A DNA stretch of 64,000 nucleotides from Eledone cirrhosa (lineage: Eukaryota), in NCBI GenBank assembly GCA_964016885.1, contig OZ024759.1:4650001-4714000 (forward strand). Reading direction: 5' to 3'. Made by a program: the position numbers and the translations under genes. Positions 11,355 through 22,480 of the stretch are shown one piece after another. Each line of letters begins with the position of its first letter. Position 1 is the first letter of the stretch. The notes beneath the pieces were generated by a model. The model was given only the letters and a program-made list of their open reading frames with translations. It made no database searches and was not told the origin of the DNA.

Positions 11355-12460
11355 GAAGGCACATGGCTTAGTGGTTAGAGCATTGGGCTTGCAATTGAAA
11401 GGTTGTGAGTTCAATTCTCGGACCAGGTGATGTGTTGTTTCCTTGAGCAAGACACTTTATTTCACATTGCTCCAGTTTACTCAGCTGTAGAAATGAAATG
11501 ATAGGACTGGGGTCCCTATCATTAAATTACCCTAGACACCTCCAACGAGATATACCTTGGAGGAGGCCAGCTAAACCTGCATATGTGTGAGCTGTAACAA
11601 CAACAACCTCGCTGGACAGGACACCAGTCCATCACAGTGTTAAACCTCCAGCTATTACAGGTACTCATTTTCAGCTATATAATACAATATATTTTTCGTT
11701 AGGCTGGTGCTTATCTCTGTTTCATGGCGTGAAGCGACTGGGAGTACAAGATTCCCCCCTGGACAGGACACCAGTCCATCACAGGGTTAAACCTCCAGCT
11801 ATTACTGGTACTCATTTTCAGCTGAGTATACTGGAGCAATGTGAAGTGAAGTGTTTTGCTCAAGAACACAACATGTAACCCAGCTCAGGAATCGAACCCA
11901 TGACATTATGATTCTATGTCCAACACCCTTACCACTAGGCAATGCACCAAACTGTGCAACTCCTAAATATTTTTGTATCTCCTCGTGTTTGTGTTTTTGT
12001 AGTTTTTATGTCAAATGAATTCAGAGCATAATCGACATGAGATGATTTCAACTAAAACCTGTTTCCCTATAAATATGAAACACCCTAATATATATGTATA
12101 TATGTTAAAGGTATATTATAAAGAGAAAGGACCTGCTGGCTGAGCTCTTGCTCTTTATAAAATAGCCATGCTCTACTACTGTGGGCTTTGTGTTGTGTTC
12201 TTGAGCAAGACACTTTATTTCACGTTGCTCCAGATCACTCAGCTGTGGAAATGGGTTGCGATGTCACTGGTGCCAAGCTGTATCGGCCATTGCCTTTCCC
12301 TTGGACAATATCAGTGGCATAGAGAGGGGAGGCTGTTATGCATGGGCTACTGCTGGTCTTCTACAAAACAACCTTGCCCAGACTTGTGCCTTGGAGGGGA
12401 ACTTTCTAGACTCAAATTCTATGGACATTCGTGACCGAAGGATCTCTTTACCTTTTACCC
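11355..12460. mobile_element. Cluster of tRNA-derived SINEs (CORE/V-SINE-like TGTCCTTGAGCAAGACACTTT core)
   Basis: Head TGGCTTAGTGGTTAGAGC...GAGTTCAATTC. Related copies lie at about 20305, 22650, 34540, 37350 and 52160. Confidence 0.75.
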
Positions 12461-12565
12461 TTACTAACCCATGTATCGAATACTCTGTTCAGTAATGGTC
12501 TAACTAGTTTTAAACTGGTTCTATCCTGATTTATGTTAAAGGTATAAAGGTATCTATATACTTAC

Positions 12566-12766
12566 GAAAGACCTCCACTTCACACATGCTAAGGCTAGGT
12601 CCTGACAGCAGAATTATTGTGATTTTGTTGCCCTTAACAGGACTAGAACATTGCACATCAATAACTTTTGTCTTCTCTAGATTGGAAATCTTCTTACATA
12701 TTCTGTGTTTTTTGTCATTTGATACCAACACTATTATTGAGAATTTATTTTGTGCTGCAGAAAAAC
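12566..12766 (-). CDS. F-type lectin (FTP) domain, C-terminal half exon
   Basis: cttaccag|FSAAQNKFSIIVLVSNDKKHRICKKISNLEKTKVIDVQCSSPVKGNKITIILLSGPSLSMCEVEVF|gtaagt; 201 nt. L-x-x-CEVEV is the FTP C-terminal motif. Confidence 0.88.
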
Positions 12767-13374
12767 CTGGTAAGAAAGTTAAAACAAAAAACAAATAGCA
12801 ATGGTATTTGGTGGTGGTGGTGGTGGTGGTGAGGAGGAGGGAGGTTTGGGTAAAGTTTAGTCAAAAAGTGATTGGCAAACATGGGCTTGGACCAGTGCAA
12901 GATTTAGGGCACATGAAGCCCTGTGCTAGTTATGTTATGAGGCCTCTTACTCATAAAAAATTCATCATAAAAAATTGTGCCAAATTTAGAATTAACCGTT
13001 TAGCATTTAAACCGGTTGTATTCGGCCAGAATTTTCTCAACTCTTTCTATTCAAACTGGCTGTAACTGGACACTCATACTTATATTAAGGTATTGTTCTC
13101 AAAATAAATAACATCAAAATCTCATAGATTCGATATTATGTGAGATAATTATGAGGGCGGTGGATTGGCAGTAACGGTAGAGGGTCGGACGCCATGCTTT
13201 GCCGCATGGAGTTACGGCCCTTTATGATTTTAGTTCAATCCCGCCGAGGTTAACTTTGCCTTTCATCCTTATGGGGTTGATAAAATAAAGTACCAGTCAC
13301 TCACTGGGGTCGATTTAATCGACGTTCCCCTACCCCAAAATTGCTGACCTTGTGCCTATATAAAAATCCCTTAT

Positions 13375-13839
13375 GTGATATAATTATGAGGTAAAGCCTT
13401 TACTGTGAAAATACAATAGTATATATAGAGTAATGTAAATGTTATGTGAGATATTATGTGAGGTAAAGCCTTTACTGTGAAAATACAATAGTATATATAG
13501 AGTAATGTAAATGTTATGTGAGATATTATGTGAGGTAAAGCCTTTACTGTGACAATACAATAGTATATATAGAGTAATGTAAATGTTATGTGAGGTAAAG
13601 CCTTTACTGTGTAAATACAATAGTATATATAGAGTAATGTAAATGTTATGTGAGATATTATGTGAGGTAAAGCCTTTACTGTGACAATACAATAGTATAT
13701 ATAGAGTAATGTAAATGTTATGTGAGGTATTATGTGAGGTAAAGCCTTTACTGTGACAAAACAATAGTATATATAGAGTAATGTAAATGTTATGTGAGGT
13801 AAAGCCTTTACTGTGTAAATACAATAGTATATATAGAGT
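13375..13839. repeat. 60/72-bp AT-rich tandem repeat, left part
   Basis: Unit GTGAGGTAAAGCCTTTACTGTGAAAATACAATAGTATATATAGAGTAATGTAAATGTTAT, with or without GTGAGATATTAT. Confidence 0.95.
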
Positions 13840-14076
13840 GGTTTCTTTATTTGCCACTAGGGCACAAAAGGTAGGGACAGATACAAGGGGGGAAGTTTAC
13901 ATATAATTAACGAGTACAAAAATATAACAATGAAATAACAACAACAAACGAAGTCCTCAATAGGGAGGGGGCATTAACATGGGTCGCACACACCCCGGAA
14001 AAAATGTGTAACCCTTCTCCTCAGGAGCACAAAGAGTAGGTGCTTCCCTCGTCTCCGCTTTTTCCTCTTCTTTCAC

Positions 14077-17000
14077 CTACAGGCTGATATAGAGAGAAGA
14101 CCCATTCACTCTGGCCATTCTCCCTACTTTCACCCACCTTTCATAAAACTTGCTGGGGTAGAGCACCTCTCTCTCCATTCTGATCCTTCTTTTAAAATGG
14201 TATTTGAAAAAGGGGACCAGTTGTTGGCCGGAGAGAAAGGTGTCTGACCTCAGCCCTTTCAGCCTCGTCCACCATACAACTTCTTTAGCCATGGCTACCA
14301 CACAGAGAAAAACCGCCTCTCCTTCGTTTTTGAAAGGGGGAGGCGGTTTGATCGTGACAATGGACTCGGTGGTCAACCGGATTGGTCCCACCCTCGACAG
14401 TAGTCGTTCCACATAGCCCCACAGGTCAGCAATGCCTGGGCAGTGTACGAATGCGTGCGCAACGGTTTCGTCATCATGCACGCATCTCGGACAGATCTTA
14501 TTCAAAGGATCTCTACCCAGGCTCCCATGCCTGTGGAGCTTGTCTCGAACGGGTAGAGCCCCTCGGTAGCACTGCCAAGCCAGGGACTTTTGGAAGTTGT
14601 CCATCGGTCCAGGGCCAAACGTCCTACCGAACAGACTGGCCAGTTCATCTTCCTCCATGCCTAGAGCTTCTCCGAGAGCATCGTCGCACCTGCTGCGTAC
14701 CAACCCTCTATAGAATGTCGAGGTGGAGTCTCCACTGATTGCCGGGTCCGCTTTCCAGAGGGCCGTGAGCGCCTGGGCACATTCAATGTGCCAGTCGCCC
14801 ACTTTTCTCGGTCTTTGCTTGACCCAGGATTGCAGCTCGGTGAGCGAGACGAGTCTGGGAAAGGCTCGCCTCACAAACGGGGCCCACACCGGTTGACCGG
14901 TGAGGAATACCTGGAGGTGCCGTAGCCTTAATGCGTGTTTACGCATCTGTAGCCACGGCATCCCCAGCCCTCCTTTCGAAGGGTGTTGACAGCAGATGGA
15001 TCTCCTCACCAAAGGGGTCCGCTTGTTCCAAAGAAATTGGAACAGCGCGCACTCCATTTTGGCGAGTCTTTTCACTGGGCAAGGCACGACGGTCAAGCGG
15101 TAGTAGATGACGGATGCTATATAAGTATTCGCCACCTCCGCTCGACCTTTCAGGGATAGTTTGCACTGGGCCCACTTCTGGGTGAGTGCAAACACCCTGG
15201 CCGTTACCTCGTTCCAGTTTTTCTCCACCTGGAGGTCTGGTCCGAACCAGACCCCAAGCAGCTTCACCGGGCCCTCCGTCCAGCGTCCGACGACGTCGTT
15301 GGAGGGCATCGGTTTGCCTCTCCATGTTCCGAGTTGCAAACCGACGGACTTGTCCCGGTTCAGCTTGGCTCCTGTAAACCTTTCATATTCCTCCAGTAAG
15401 GTGCCGATCTCACCGATTTGCGAGGTTTTCGACACCATTACTGTCACGTCATCGGCGTAGGCCGACGCCGCTTTCTGCAATCCCGGTTCCAAAGGGATGC
15501 CCTGCAACCGCTCCAACTTCCGCAGTAGTGGCTCAAGAGCCAGCACATACAGTAGGGAGGAGAGAGGGCATCCCTGTCGGATGGATCGCATGATTTGGAA
15601 CGGCTCCGAGAGGTGGCCGTTCACCTTGACCCTTGAGCAGACGTTGCTGCTGTGCATCGCAGCAATCCAACCCCTGAAAACGGGTCCGAAGCCTGCCGCC
15701 GCGAGCACCGCATCCAGGTAACGATGGTCAACCCTATCGAAAGCTTTAGATTGATCCAAGTTGATCAGGGCCCCACCAAAGCCGGGTTCATTCCCTACCC
15801 TCTCTATGATGTATCGCATAAGGTGGAGATTGTCGTGAATGGACCTGGACGGGATTGCGCATGTCTGCGCTTCTCCCACCAGGTTTCCAACGACAAGCGC
15901 CAACCTCTTCGCTAACACCTTGGCCAAAATCTTTAACTCTGTATTTAGCAGAGTTATGGGCCTGAAGTTACTTATGTCATCCCCCTTGTTCTCATCCTTC
16001 CTCACCAGCGTAACTACGCCCTTGGTCACAGAACTGGGAATTCTCCCGTTCTGCTGCCAGTTGCAGTAGACCGCTTCGAGGATATCGGAGAACAAGTCCG
16101 GCATCGCTACATATAGCTCGTATGGTAGACCATCGAGACCCGGGGATTTGCGTTTGCCGCATTGGCTCAGCGCCGCCCCTATCTCAGCAGCTGAAATCGT
16201 CCTTTCGCAGGACTTCGCCTCCGCGTCCGAGAGGCGCGGCAGACCGTCGAGGTATGGATTGAAATCCATAGTCTCACCCGGCGCGCCGCCCCTCTCGAAC
16301 AGTCGTGCAAAGTGCCGCTGAAAGGCCGCACACATCTGCCCAGGTTCAAGGATCACACGCCCATCCTGGTCCTTCAAAGACCGAATCGTGGACTTGTTCC
16401 CACTTTTTGCCTCTGTCACTCGGGCCCAGCTCACAGCTTTGGCTCCCTCATTACCCAGAGCACGTATTTTACTCCTGACAACGCAGCCTTCATGCTTCAC
16501 CTCAAAGAACTGGTCTAAGGCCATTCTTGATGCCAGCACGCCGGCTACATTGCCACTCCTAATCGCCTCTTCTACTCTATCTACTAATTCCCTTTCCGTC
16601 TTGTTCCTATCCCTTGCTAATTCCTGACTAAAACCTATCGATTCTATTCTAATTGCTCTCTTAAGAGAGCTCCACCACCTGTTGTTGACAATTGCCCCTG
16701 TCAAACTCTGCTTAACTAACGTGCTAATCCGTTTACTGTAAGCTTTGCTTCTCGGTAAGGACAAGTTCAGCTTCCAGTAACCGGGTCCCTGTCTATGGGT
16801 TCTATCAAGGTTGGCTATGCAGGTCACTAACTTGTGATCCGAATAGTCAACCATGAACATTTTTGGACAGCTAAATGTGTCCCTATCGTTCTCTCTAACT
16901 AGGACCCTATCTAGGTACGACCTAGATGTTCCACTGCGATTGGTCCACGTCCATAGTGGTACAGTCGGAAAATCTAGTCGATATCTATCGGCCAGGTCAA

Positions 17001-17514
17001 ATCGGCCGATTAACCTTTTGAGGCTTTTACACCCCCCTCTATTGGCACATGCCCCTACATAGTCCCAACGTGCATCCAGGATACCATTCCAGTCCCCCAC
17101 TAAAAGCAAGGAGCGGGACGTTCCCAGAAAAGTTTCCAGACGTTGGAAGTATTCCGGCCGCGCTGCCCAAAAAGGGGCGTACACAGCTATTAGTCTAAGG
17201 GCTCCACTTTCACTACTGCCGACGTCTAAAACCACCAGTCGACCCTCCGGGTCCAGGTGCACCTTCTGTATGGCGAGGCCCAGGTGTTTTCGCAGCAGAA
17301 CGACAACTCCACCCCCACCCCCCGGTTGACAGAGAGATGCGAAGATCTCAAAGTCGTCGAAGAGGGGCGCCAGTTGGTGCTCGCTGCTGATCCTGGACTC
17401 GCAAATAGCCATTACATCCATTCTATGCGACCTGAGATCGTTTAAAAGTTTGCCTTGTTTCCAAGACAGTCCCAGGCCACGTACATTCAGACACCCAACT
17501 CTTATATCAGCCAT
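14077..17514 (-). CDS. ORF2: APE endonuclease, reverse transcriptase and C-terminal Cys/His zinc-binding region (1145 aa)
   Basis: Motifs CLNVRGL, IAVYAP, GDWN, YLDRV, SDH, PGLDG, RPITLLN, DQSKAFD, RQGCPLS, AYADD and CPRC...ETVAHAFVHC. Confidence 0.95.
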   Translation of the reverse strand: MADIRVGCLNVRGLGLSWKQGKLLNDLRSHRMDVMAICESRISSEHQLAPLFDDFEIFASLCQPGGGGGVVVLLRKHLGLAIQKVHLDPEGRLVVLDVGSSESGALRLIAVYAPFWAARPEYFQRLETFLGTSRSLLLVGDWNGILDARWDYVGACANRGGCKSLKRLIGRFDLADRYRLDFPTVPLWTWTNRSGTSRSYLDRVLVRENDRDTFSCPKMFMVDYSDHKLVTCIANLDRTHRQGPGYWKLNLSLPRSKAYSKRISTLVKQSLTGAIVNNRWWSSLKRAIRIESIGFSQELARDRNKTERELVDRVEEAIRSGNVAGVLASRMALDQFFEVKHEGCVVRSKIRALGNEGAKAVSWARVTEAKSGNKSTIRSLKDQDGRVILEPGQMCAAFQRHFARLFERGGAPGETMDFNPYLDGLPRLSDAEAKSCERTISAAEIGAALSQCGKRKSPGLDGLPYELYVAMPDLFSDILEAVYCNWQQNGRIPSSVTKGVVTLVRKDENKGDDISNFRPITLLNTELKILAKVLAKRLALVVGNLVGEAQTCAIPSRSIHDNLHLMRYIIERVGNEPGFGGALINLDQSKAFDRVDHRYLDAVLAAAGFGPVFRGWIAAMHSSNVCSRVKVNGHLSEPFQIMRSIRQGCPLSSLLYVLALEPLLRKLERLQGIPLEPGLQKAASAYADDVTVMVSKTSQIGEIGTLLEEYERFTGAKLNRDKSVGLQLGTWRGKPMPSNDVVGRWTEGPVKLLGVWFGPDLQVEKNWNEVTARVFALTQKWAQCKLSLKGRAEVANTYIASVIYYRLTVVPCPVKRLAKMECALFQFLWNKRTPLVRRSICCQHPSKGGLGMPWLQMRKHALRLRHLQVFLTGQPVWAPFVRRAFPRLVSLTELQSWVKQRPRKVGDWHIECAQALTALWKADPAISGDSTSTFYRGLVRSRCDDALGEALGMEEDELASLFGRTFGPGPMDNFQKSLAWQCYRGALPVRDKLHRHGSLGRDPLNKICPRCVHDDETVAHAFVHCPGIADLWGYVERLLSRVGPIRLTTESIVTIKPPPPFKNEGEAVFLCVVAMAKEVVWWTRLKGLRSDTFLSGQQLVPFFKYHFKRRIRMEREVLYPSKFYERWVKVGRMARVNGSSLYISL

Positions 17515-17535
17515 GTTGGTTAAAAGAGGAAGGAC

Positions 17536-19371
17536 CTACCTGTTCGGCTCCTGAGGAGCAGGTTGCACAATATCCATGGGCGTATTGGAGGGGTTGTTTG
17601 GTGGGGTGTTGTTCTGTGGTGGAGTGGGGGTGTTTGGTGAGGTGTGGGTGGGGAAACGTTTCAAGAGGACGCGGTTATAGGGTCGAGTACATGTTTTCCC
17701 CACGTCCTCAGGAAAGTTCTCTCTTAGTTTTGCATAGGTGTCCATTGGGAGTCTTATCATTTTTAAATGCGGTTTGTTGGCCGCGCTTGCAAAGAATTGT
17801 CCTTCAGTTTCCACCAAAGGGTCTTTGTGTATTGTTTTTACTAGTTCTTTGTTATTTGTGTTAATGTATGTATACTGTTTTATTTGTGTTGTGTTTGTTT
17901 GTTGTTCTTGTGTGTGCTTACGTTTTGTTGTATGTGTTATGTTTTGGGGTGGGGCGGATTTTGTTTGTTCTGTTTGTTTTGTTTTTGTTGGTGGTTGTGT
18001 GTTTGTTTCGTTTATGTTCGAGTGGTGCTTTCTTTTTTTCCTTTTTACAGGTTGGAAGGGTTCCCCCTCTTCGTCACTAGGTGCCGTTTCCGCTGGGTCC
18101 TCGTCCGTGCTGTCGGGTAGTGGTGTATTTTGGGGTTTTGTTGTATTTGTGTGTGTTTTGGGAGTTGTTTTGGGTGGGGCCGTGTCTTGTGTTATTTTTC
18201 CCTGTTGTTTTTGTTGTTGTTGTGGTGGTGGTGGTGGAGGTGGTGGTGGTGGTGGTGGTGGCGGTGGTGGTGTGTGGGGTGTAGGCAAAAGAGCCTTTTT
18301 TTTTGTCAATTGAGGACAAGCAGCCCTTAGATGACCCCTGCTTGAACAGTAGTAACATATGGGCCTCCTACCCTCGGCTGAAATATATATAAATGTTTCT
18401 CCATCGAGGGACACCCTCTGTGGTATTCTAGCGATTCGTTCTGGTCTCATTTGGACCAGAACCTCCACGCTCAAACCGCCGAAAACGTCTGTGGTGACTT
18501 CTCCTACTGAGAGGATTCCGTCCTCGTCTTCTAAAAACCCTGTTAGTACCCAGGAAATGCATGCATTTGGCCGGATTCCGGAGACCCTTATCTTCTGCGT
18601 TCTTTTCCCTAAATATGTGGGGAAAAATGTATGTAGCTTGGAAACAATTGGTGCCACAGAGTATTTCCTGGCCGTCAATTGATCCTTCATTAGGACCGTT
18701 ATATTCCCATAGAGTGGCCCTTTTTGTATGAACGATATATCACTCCACACATTTTTTAGGACCAGCTCAATCTCTTTTTGGGATAATTGAGTTGGTTTCC
18801 TTGTTATGTTGGAAATTGTTCTGAAAGATATCGTTCTTAGCGTCGTGTCTCTTTTGATTTCTTGTGGGGAGGTGATTGTGAAGTCTCCTCCTTCTTTGAA
18901 AGTTACATACTGTTTCGCTTCCTTCATCTTTTCTCTCAGAGTTGTAATGTCCAGTTGCTTGCAGGTTTGTGTTTTCCGGACCGCCTGTGCAAAGGAGGTA
19001 CCAGTAGTGGGTTCGCTTTGTTTGGTGTTATCGTTATTTTTTCCTTGGTTGGTGTTGTGACTATTGCTGTTATTGTCGTTGTTGTTTTTGTCTGCGTTTA
19101 TGTGACTTTCTGGGTTTTCACCCATTTTTTCAAATTTTTCTTTTAATTCCGTGTTCCATGTTTCTTTTGCAGAAGTCAGGAGGGAAGACTTAGAGCCTTG
19201 TGCTTCTAGCTTCTCTGTATCACCTTTCTTAGGGGGCGTGGCTTTCACGTTAGGATGAGATGTGAAAATTCCGTCCATTTCTATTAGTTTGCCGTAATAA
19301 ATTTTTAACTGGAAAATTCGCCCCAAAAAGGGGCGAAAATAAATAAACTCAAAGTTTGACGACCAAGGCAA
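17536..19371 (-). CDS. ORF1: nucleic-acid-binding protein with a CCHC zinc knuckle (true start may be the MDGIF ATG near 19278)
   Basis: CYYCSSRGHLRAAC knuckle, Pro/Gln/Thr-rich linker and KRKKRKH basic patch, lying directly upstream of ORF2. Confidence 0.88.
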   Translation of the reverse strand: MPWSSNFEFIYFRPFLGRIFQLKIYYGKLIEMDGIFTSHPNVKATPPKKGDTEKLEAQGSKSSLLTSAKETWNTELKEKFEKMGENPESHINADKNNNDNNSNSHNTNQGKNNDNTKQSEPTTGTSFAQAVRKTQTCKQLDITTLREKMKEAKQYVTFKEGGDFTITSPQEIKRDTTLRTISFRTISNITRKPTQLSQKEIELVLKNVWSDISFIQKGPLYGNITVLMKDQLTARKYSVAPIVSKLHTFFPTYLGKRTQKIRVSGIRPNACISWVLTGFLEDEDGILSVGEVTTDVFGGLSVEVLVQMRPERIARIPQRVSLDGETFIYISAEGRRPICYYCSSRGHLRAACPQLTKKKALLPTPHTPPPPPPPPPPPPPPPPQQQQKQQGKITQDTAPPKTTPKTHTNTTKPQNTPLPDSTDEDPAETAPSDEEGEPFQPVKRKKRKHHSNINETNTQPPTKTKQTEQTKSAPPQNITHTTKRKHTQEQQTNTTQIKQYTYINTNNKELVKTIHKDPLVETEGQFFASAANKPHLKMIRLPMDTYAKLRENFPEDVGKTCTRPYNRVLLKRFPTHTSPNTPTPPQNNTPPNNPSNTPMDIVQPAPQEPNR

Positions 19372-19490
19372 GGGGTTAACGTATATTACAGTATAAAAAA
19401 ATTAATCAAAACTCACTTTTTGAGTAAGTAAATCCGACTCGGTAGCCGAGCTTGTTCACACACGTCAACACACGTCTCTCGTATACGAGA

Positions 19491-20210
19491 TGTTATGTGA
19501 GATATTATGTGAGGTAAAGCCTTTACTGTGAAAATACAATAGTATATATAGAGTAATGTAAATGTTATGTGAAATATTATGTGAGGTAAAGCCTTTACCA
19601 CAAAAATACAATAGTATATATAGAGTCATGTAAATGTTATGTGAGGTATTATGTGAGGTAAAGCCTTTACTGTGAAAATACAATAGTATATATAGAGTAA
19701 TGTAAATGTTATGTGAGATATTATGTGAGGTAAAGCCTTTACTGTGACAATACAATAGTATATATAGAGTAATGTAAATGTTATGTGAGGTATTATGTGA
19801 GGTAAAGCCTTTACTGTGACAATACAATAGTATATATAGAGTAATGTAAATGTTATGTGAGATATTATGTAAGATAAAGCCTTTACTGTGAAAATACAAT
19901 AGTATATATAGAGTAATGTAAATGTTATGTGAGATATTATGTGAGGTAAAGCCTTTACTGTGACAATACAATAGTATATATAGAGTAATGTAAATGTTAT
20001 GTGAGGTATTATGTGAGGTAAAGCCTTTACTGTGAAAATACAATAGTATATATAGAGTAATGTAAATGTTATGTGAGGTATTATGTGAGGTAAAGCCTTT
20101 ACTGTGAAAATACAATAGTATATATAGAGTAATGTAAATGTTATGTAAGGTATTATGTGAAGTAAAGCCTTTACTGTGAAAATACAATAGTATATATAGA
20201 GTCATGTAAA
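19491..20210. repeat. 60/72-bp AT-rich tandem repeat, right part (about 10 copies)
   Basis: Same unit as 13375-13839. Confidence 0.95.
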
Positions 20211-20508
20211 TGCTAAAGAGTTAAAACATAACTTAACAAATGTTCTTACATAAAGTTAGGATAGAAGGTTTTAAGATAGTTATAAACATTTTATCATAAA
20301 CTAAGATGCGTGGCTTTGTGTTTAGAGTATTCGCCTCACAATCGTAAGGTCATGAGTTTGTTTACCAGCGGAGTGTTGTGTCCTTGAGCAAGACACTTTA
20401 TTTCATATTGTTCCAGTTCACTCAGCTGGCAAAAATGAGTTGTACCTGTAATTCAAAGGGTCAGCCTTGTCACACTCTGTGTCATGCTGAATCTCCCTGA
20501 GAGCTATG

Positions 20509-20737
20509 TTAACCCTTTAGCATTTAAACTGGCCGTATCCGGCCAGAATTTTCTCACCTCTTTCTGTTCAAACCAGCCATAACTGGCTGCTCATACTTAT
20601 GTGAAGGTATTATTCTCAAAATATATAATATCAAAATCTCATAGATTTGATATTATGTGAGATAATTATGTAAGATAAAGCCTTTACCACAAAAATGTAA
20701 TATTAGATATGGAGTAATGTAAATGCTAAAGGGTTAA
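20509..20737. mobile_element. Unit-length TTAA MITE (about 225 bp) inserted in a SINE
   Basis: TIR CCCTTTAGCATTTA with TTAA on both sides. The interrupted SINE resumes after the second TTAA. Further copies lie at about 39405-39618 and 39615-39880. Confidence 0.88.
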
Positions 20738-20964
20738 GGGTATGCATGTCTGTGGAATACTCAGCCACTTGCACGTTAATTTCATGAGCAGGCTGTTCCA
20801 GTAATAGTGTCAACTGGAACACTCATTGTTGTAACCGACAGTGCCAGTTCAAGTTCAAGGGGTAGAGTTGATTCAGACAGTTTGGTATCCAAACAGTTAA
20901 ACAATTAGGAACATGTGTGTTTCATGCCATTTATAAATAAATGTCTTTAGGTGACATTCTAGAA

Positions 20965-22143
20965 CAGAAGTTCTCAAACTTTTTGGGGCCATCGCCCCCC
21001 ACACGGCCTTGTAATACCATCTAAAACACCACACCTATTTCCAGAGAGACCTACCTACAAGCAAATTGTAAATAATATAAAAAAAAGGAACGATTGACTT
21101 TCGTCAAATCGGACCGAGGAAACAATGTTTCCGTTGGTCTTTCCAATTGCTAATACTAACTATCGGTCGCAACTCCAGGTAGAAGGAGCAACGTGAAATA
21201 AAGTAAATAATATATAATACATAAAATGGTTGATATATAATAAATAATTCTTTCTACTTTTGGCACAAGGCCAGCAATTACTCCAGTGTATTACTGGTAC
21301 TGTATTTTATCGACCCAGTAAAGGTGAAAGGCAAAATTAACCTAGGAGGGATTTAAACTCAGATAATAAAGGGCCGTAACTCTATGCTGCAAAGCATGGT
21401 GTCCTACCTTCTATAATATATCGAAAGTCGATCAACTTCCATCAAATTGGACCACGGAATCAATGCTTCCATTGGTCTTTCCAATTGCTAATACTATCTA
21501 TCAGTTGCAACTCCAGGTAGAAAGAACAACCTCACAACCTCACGATTGCAAATCCGATTCTCTAATCACTCAGCCTTCACTATCATCATCATTATCATCA
21601 TTTTACATCCGCTTTTCCCTGCTTGTAAGGGTGGGACAGGTCTTATTAAACACAGCATCTCTCCATTTGTCACGGTACCTTGTCATCTTCTCCATGAGCT
21701 TCAGTGATCTGAGGTCTGCTCTCACCACCTCTGCCCATGTTTTTCGTGATCTTCCTCTACTCTGTCTTCCTTCTACTGGGATTTCTTGGCAGTTCTTTAC
21801 CCAGCTGTCATCCACCATGCGCATCACATGTCCATACCAACACAGTCTTCTCTCCCACACACTACAACTTATCCCTCTTATACACAGTTTCTCTCTCAAC
21901 TCGTCTATACTTTGTCGTTCACACACATTGACATCACACATGCAACAGCATATACTTGCTTCATTTCTATCCACTATATAATATATACTATGTATCAATA
22001 AATATCATATAATTTTTTATTTTACTATATTTATATATAAAATTTATCATTTGATATTTGATATACTATTATATCGTCTCCACCCCCATCCTTAAGCCCC
22101 AGCACCCCTCTTGGGGCAGTAGCACCCACTTTGAGAACCTCTG
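20965..22143. mobile_element. hAT (Charlie-like) MITE with a nested SINE and an RTE 3' fragment (21580-21975, minus)
   Basis: TIRs CAGAAGTTCTCAAA and TTTGAGAACCTCTG; 8-bp TSD TTCTAGAA / TTCTAGAG. Confidence 0.75.
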
Positions 22144-22222
22144 TTCTAGAGGGAAGTGAAATTGTAAAGTGTAACAGGCAAGAAGACAAAATCTTTCCAA
22201 ACAAACAAAAAAACCAACTTAC

Positions 22223-22480
22223 TATCAATATAGTTATAATATATCCTTAGTTGGGAAATATCGTATGTTTGTCTGAGTTCAAGAGTCCACAATGATGTTG
22301 GAGAGCTCATTGTATGAGAACAAGATCTGTGTTGTGGGTTTTGATCGAAGTTACCATCTACAGCCAGGTTAGCTGACATTGAGTACATTTCATTGCGACA
22401 AACATTGTTTTTCATTAGAATTACACTGCTTGTTTTGTCTGTCGTGGTTTGTGTAGCTACTTTACCAATAGCTATATTTC
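22223..22480 (-). CDS. F-type lectin (FTP) domain, N-terminal half exon
   Basis: tttttcag|NIAIGKVATQTT...SANLAVDGNFDQNPQHRSCSHTMSSPTSLWTLELRQTYDISQLRIYYNYID|gtaagt; 258 nt. Carries the NIAxGKxATQ, AVDGN and CSHT motifs. Confidence 0.9.

Larger units (their letters stand above)
13840..19490 (-). mobile_element. Full-length L1/Tx1-like non-LTR retrotransposon
   Basis: Two uninterrupted ORFs separated by 21 nt. The 3' end AATAAAGAAA is shared with the copy ending at about 45672. Confidence 0.93.
12992..20224. mobile_element. TTAA MITE expanded to 7.2 kb by a nested SINE, a 60/72-bp satellite and a full-length LINE
   Basis: Left end TTAACCGTTTAGCATTTA at 12992 and right end TAAATGCTAAAGAGTTAA at 20224. 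Confidence 0.8.

Noticed and set aside
11355-11430. tRNA-like sequences here and at about 22650, 34540, 48290 and 52160
   Set aside because: The A/B boxes mostly continue into SINE cores and no complete cloverleaf was seen, so these are SINE heads rather than tRNA genes.
14204-19146. Numerous plus-strand ORFs overlapping the L1/Tx1 element
   Set aside because: They are antisense shadows of ORF1 and ORF2 with no recognisable domains.
13384-20205. Repetitive ORFs 13384..13857 and 19465..20205
   Set aside because: They are translations of the 60/72-bp satellite.
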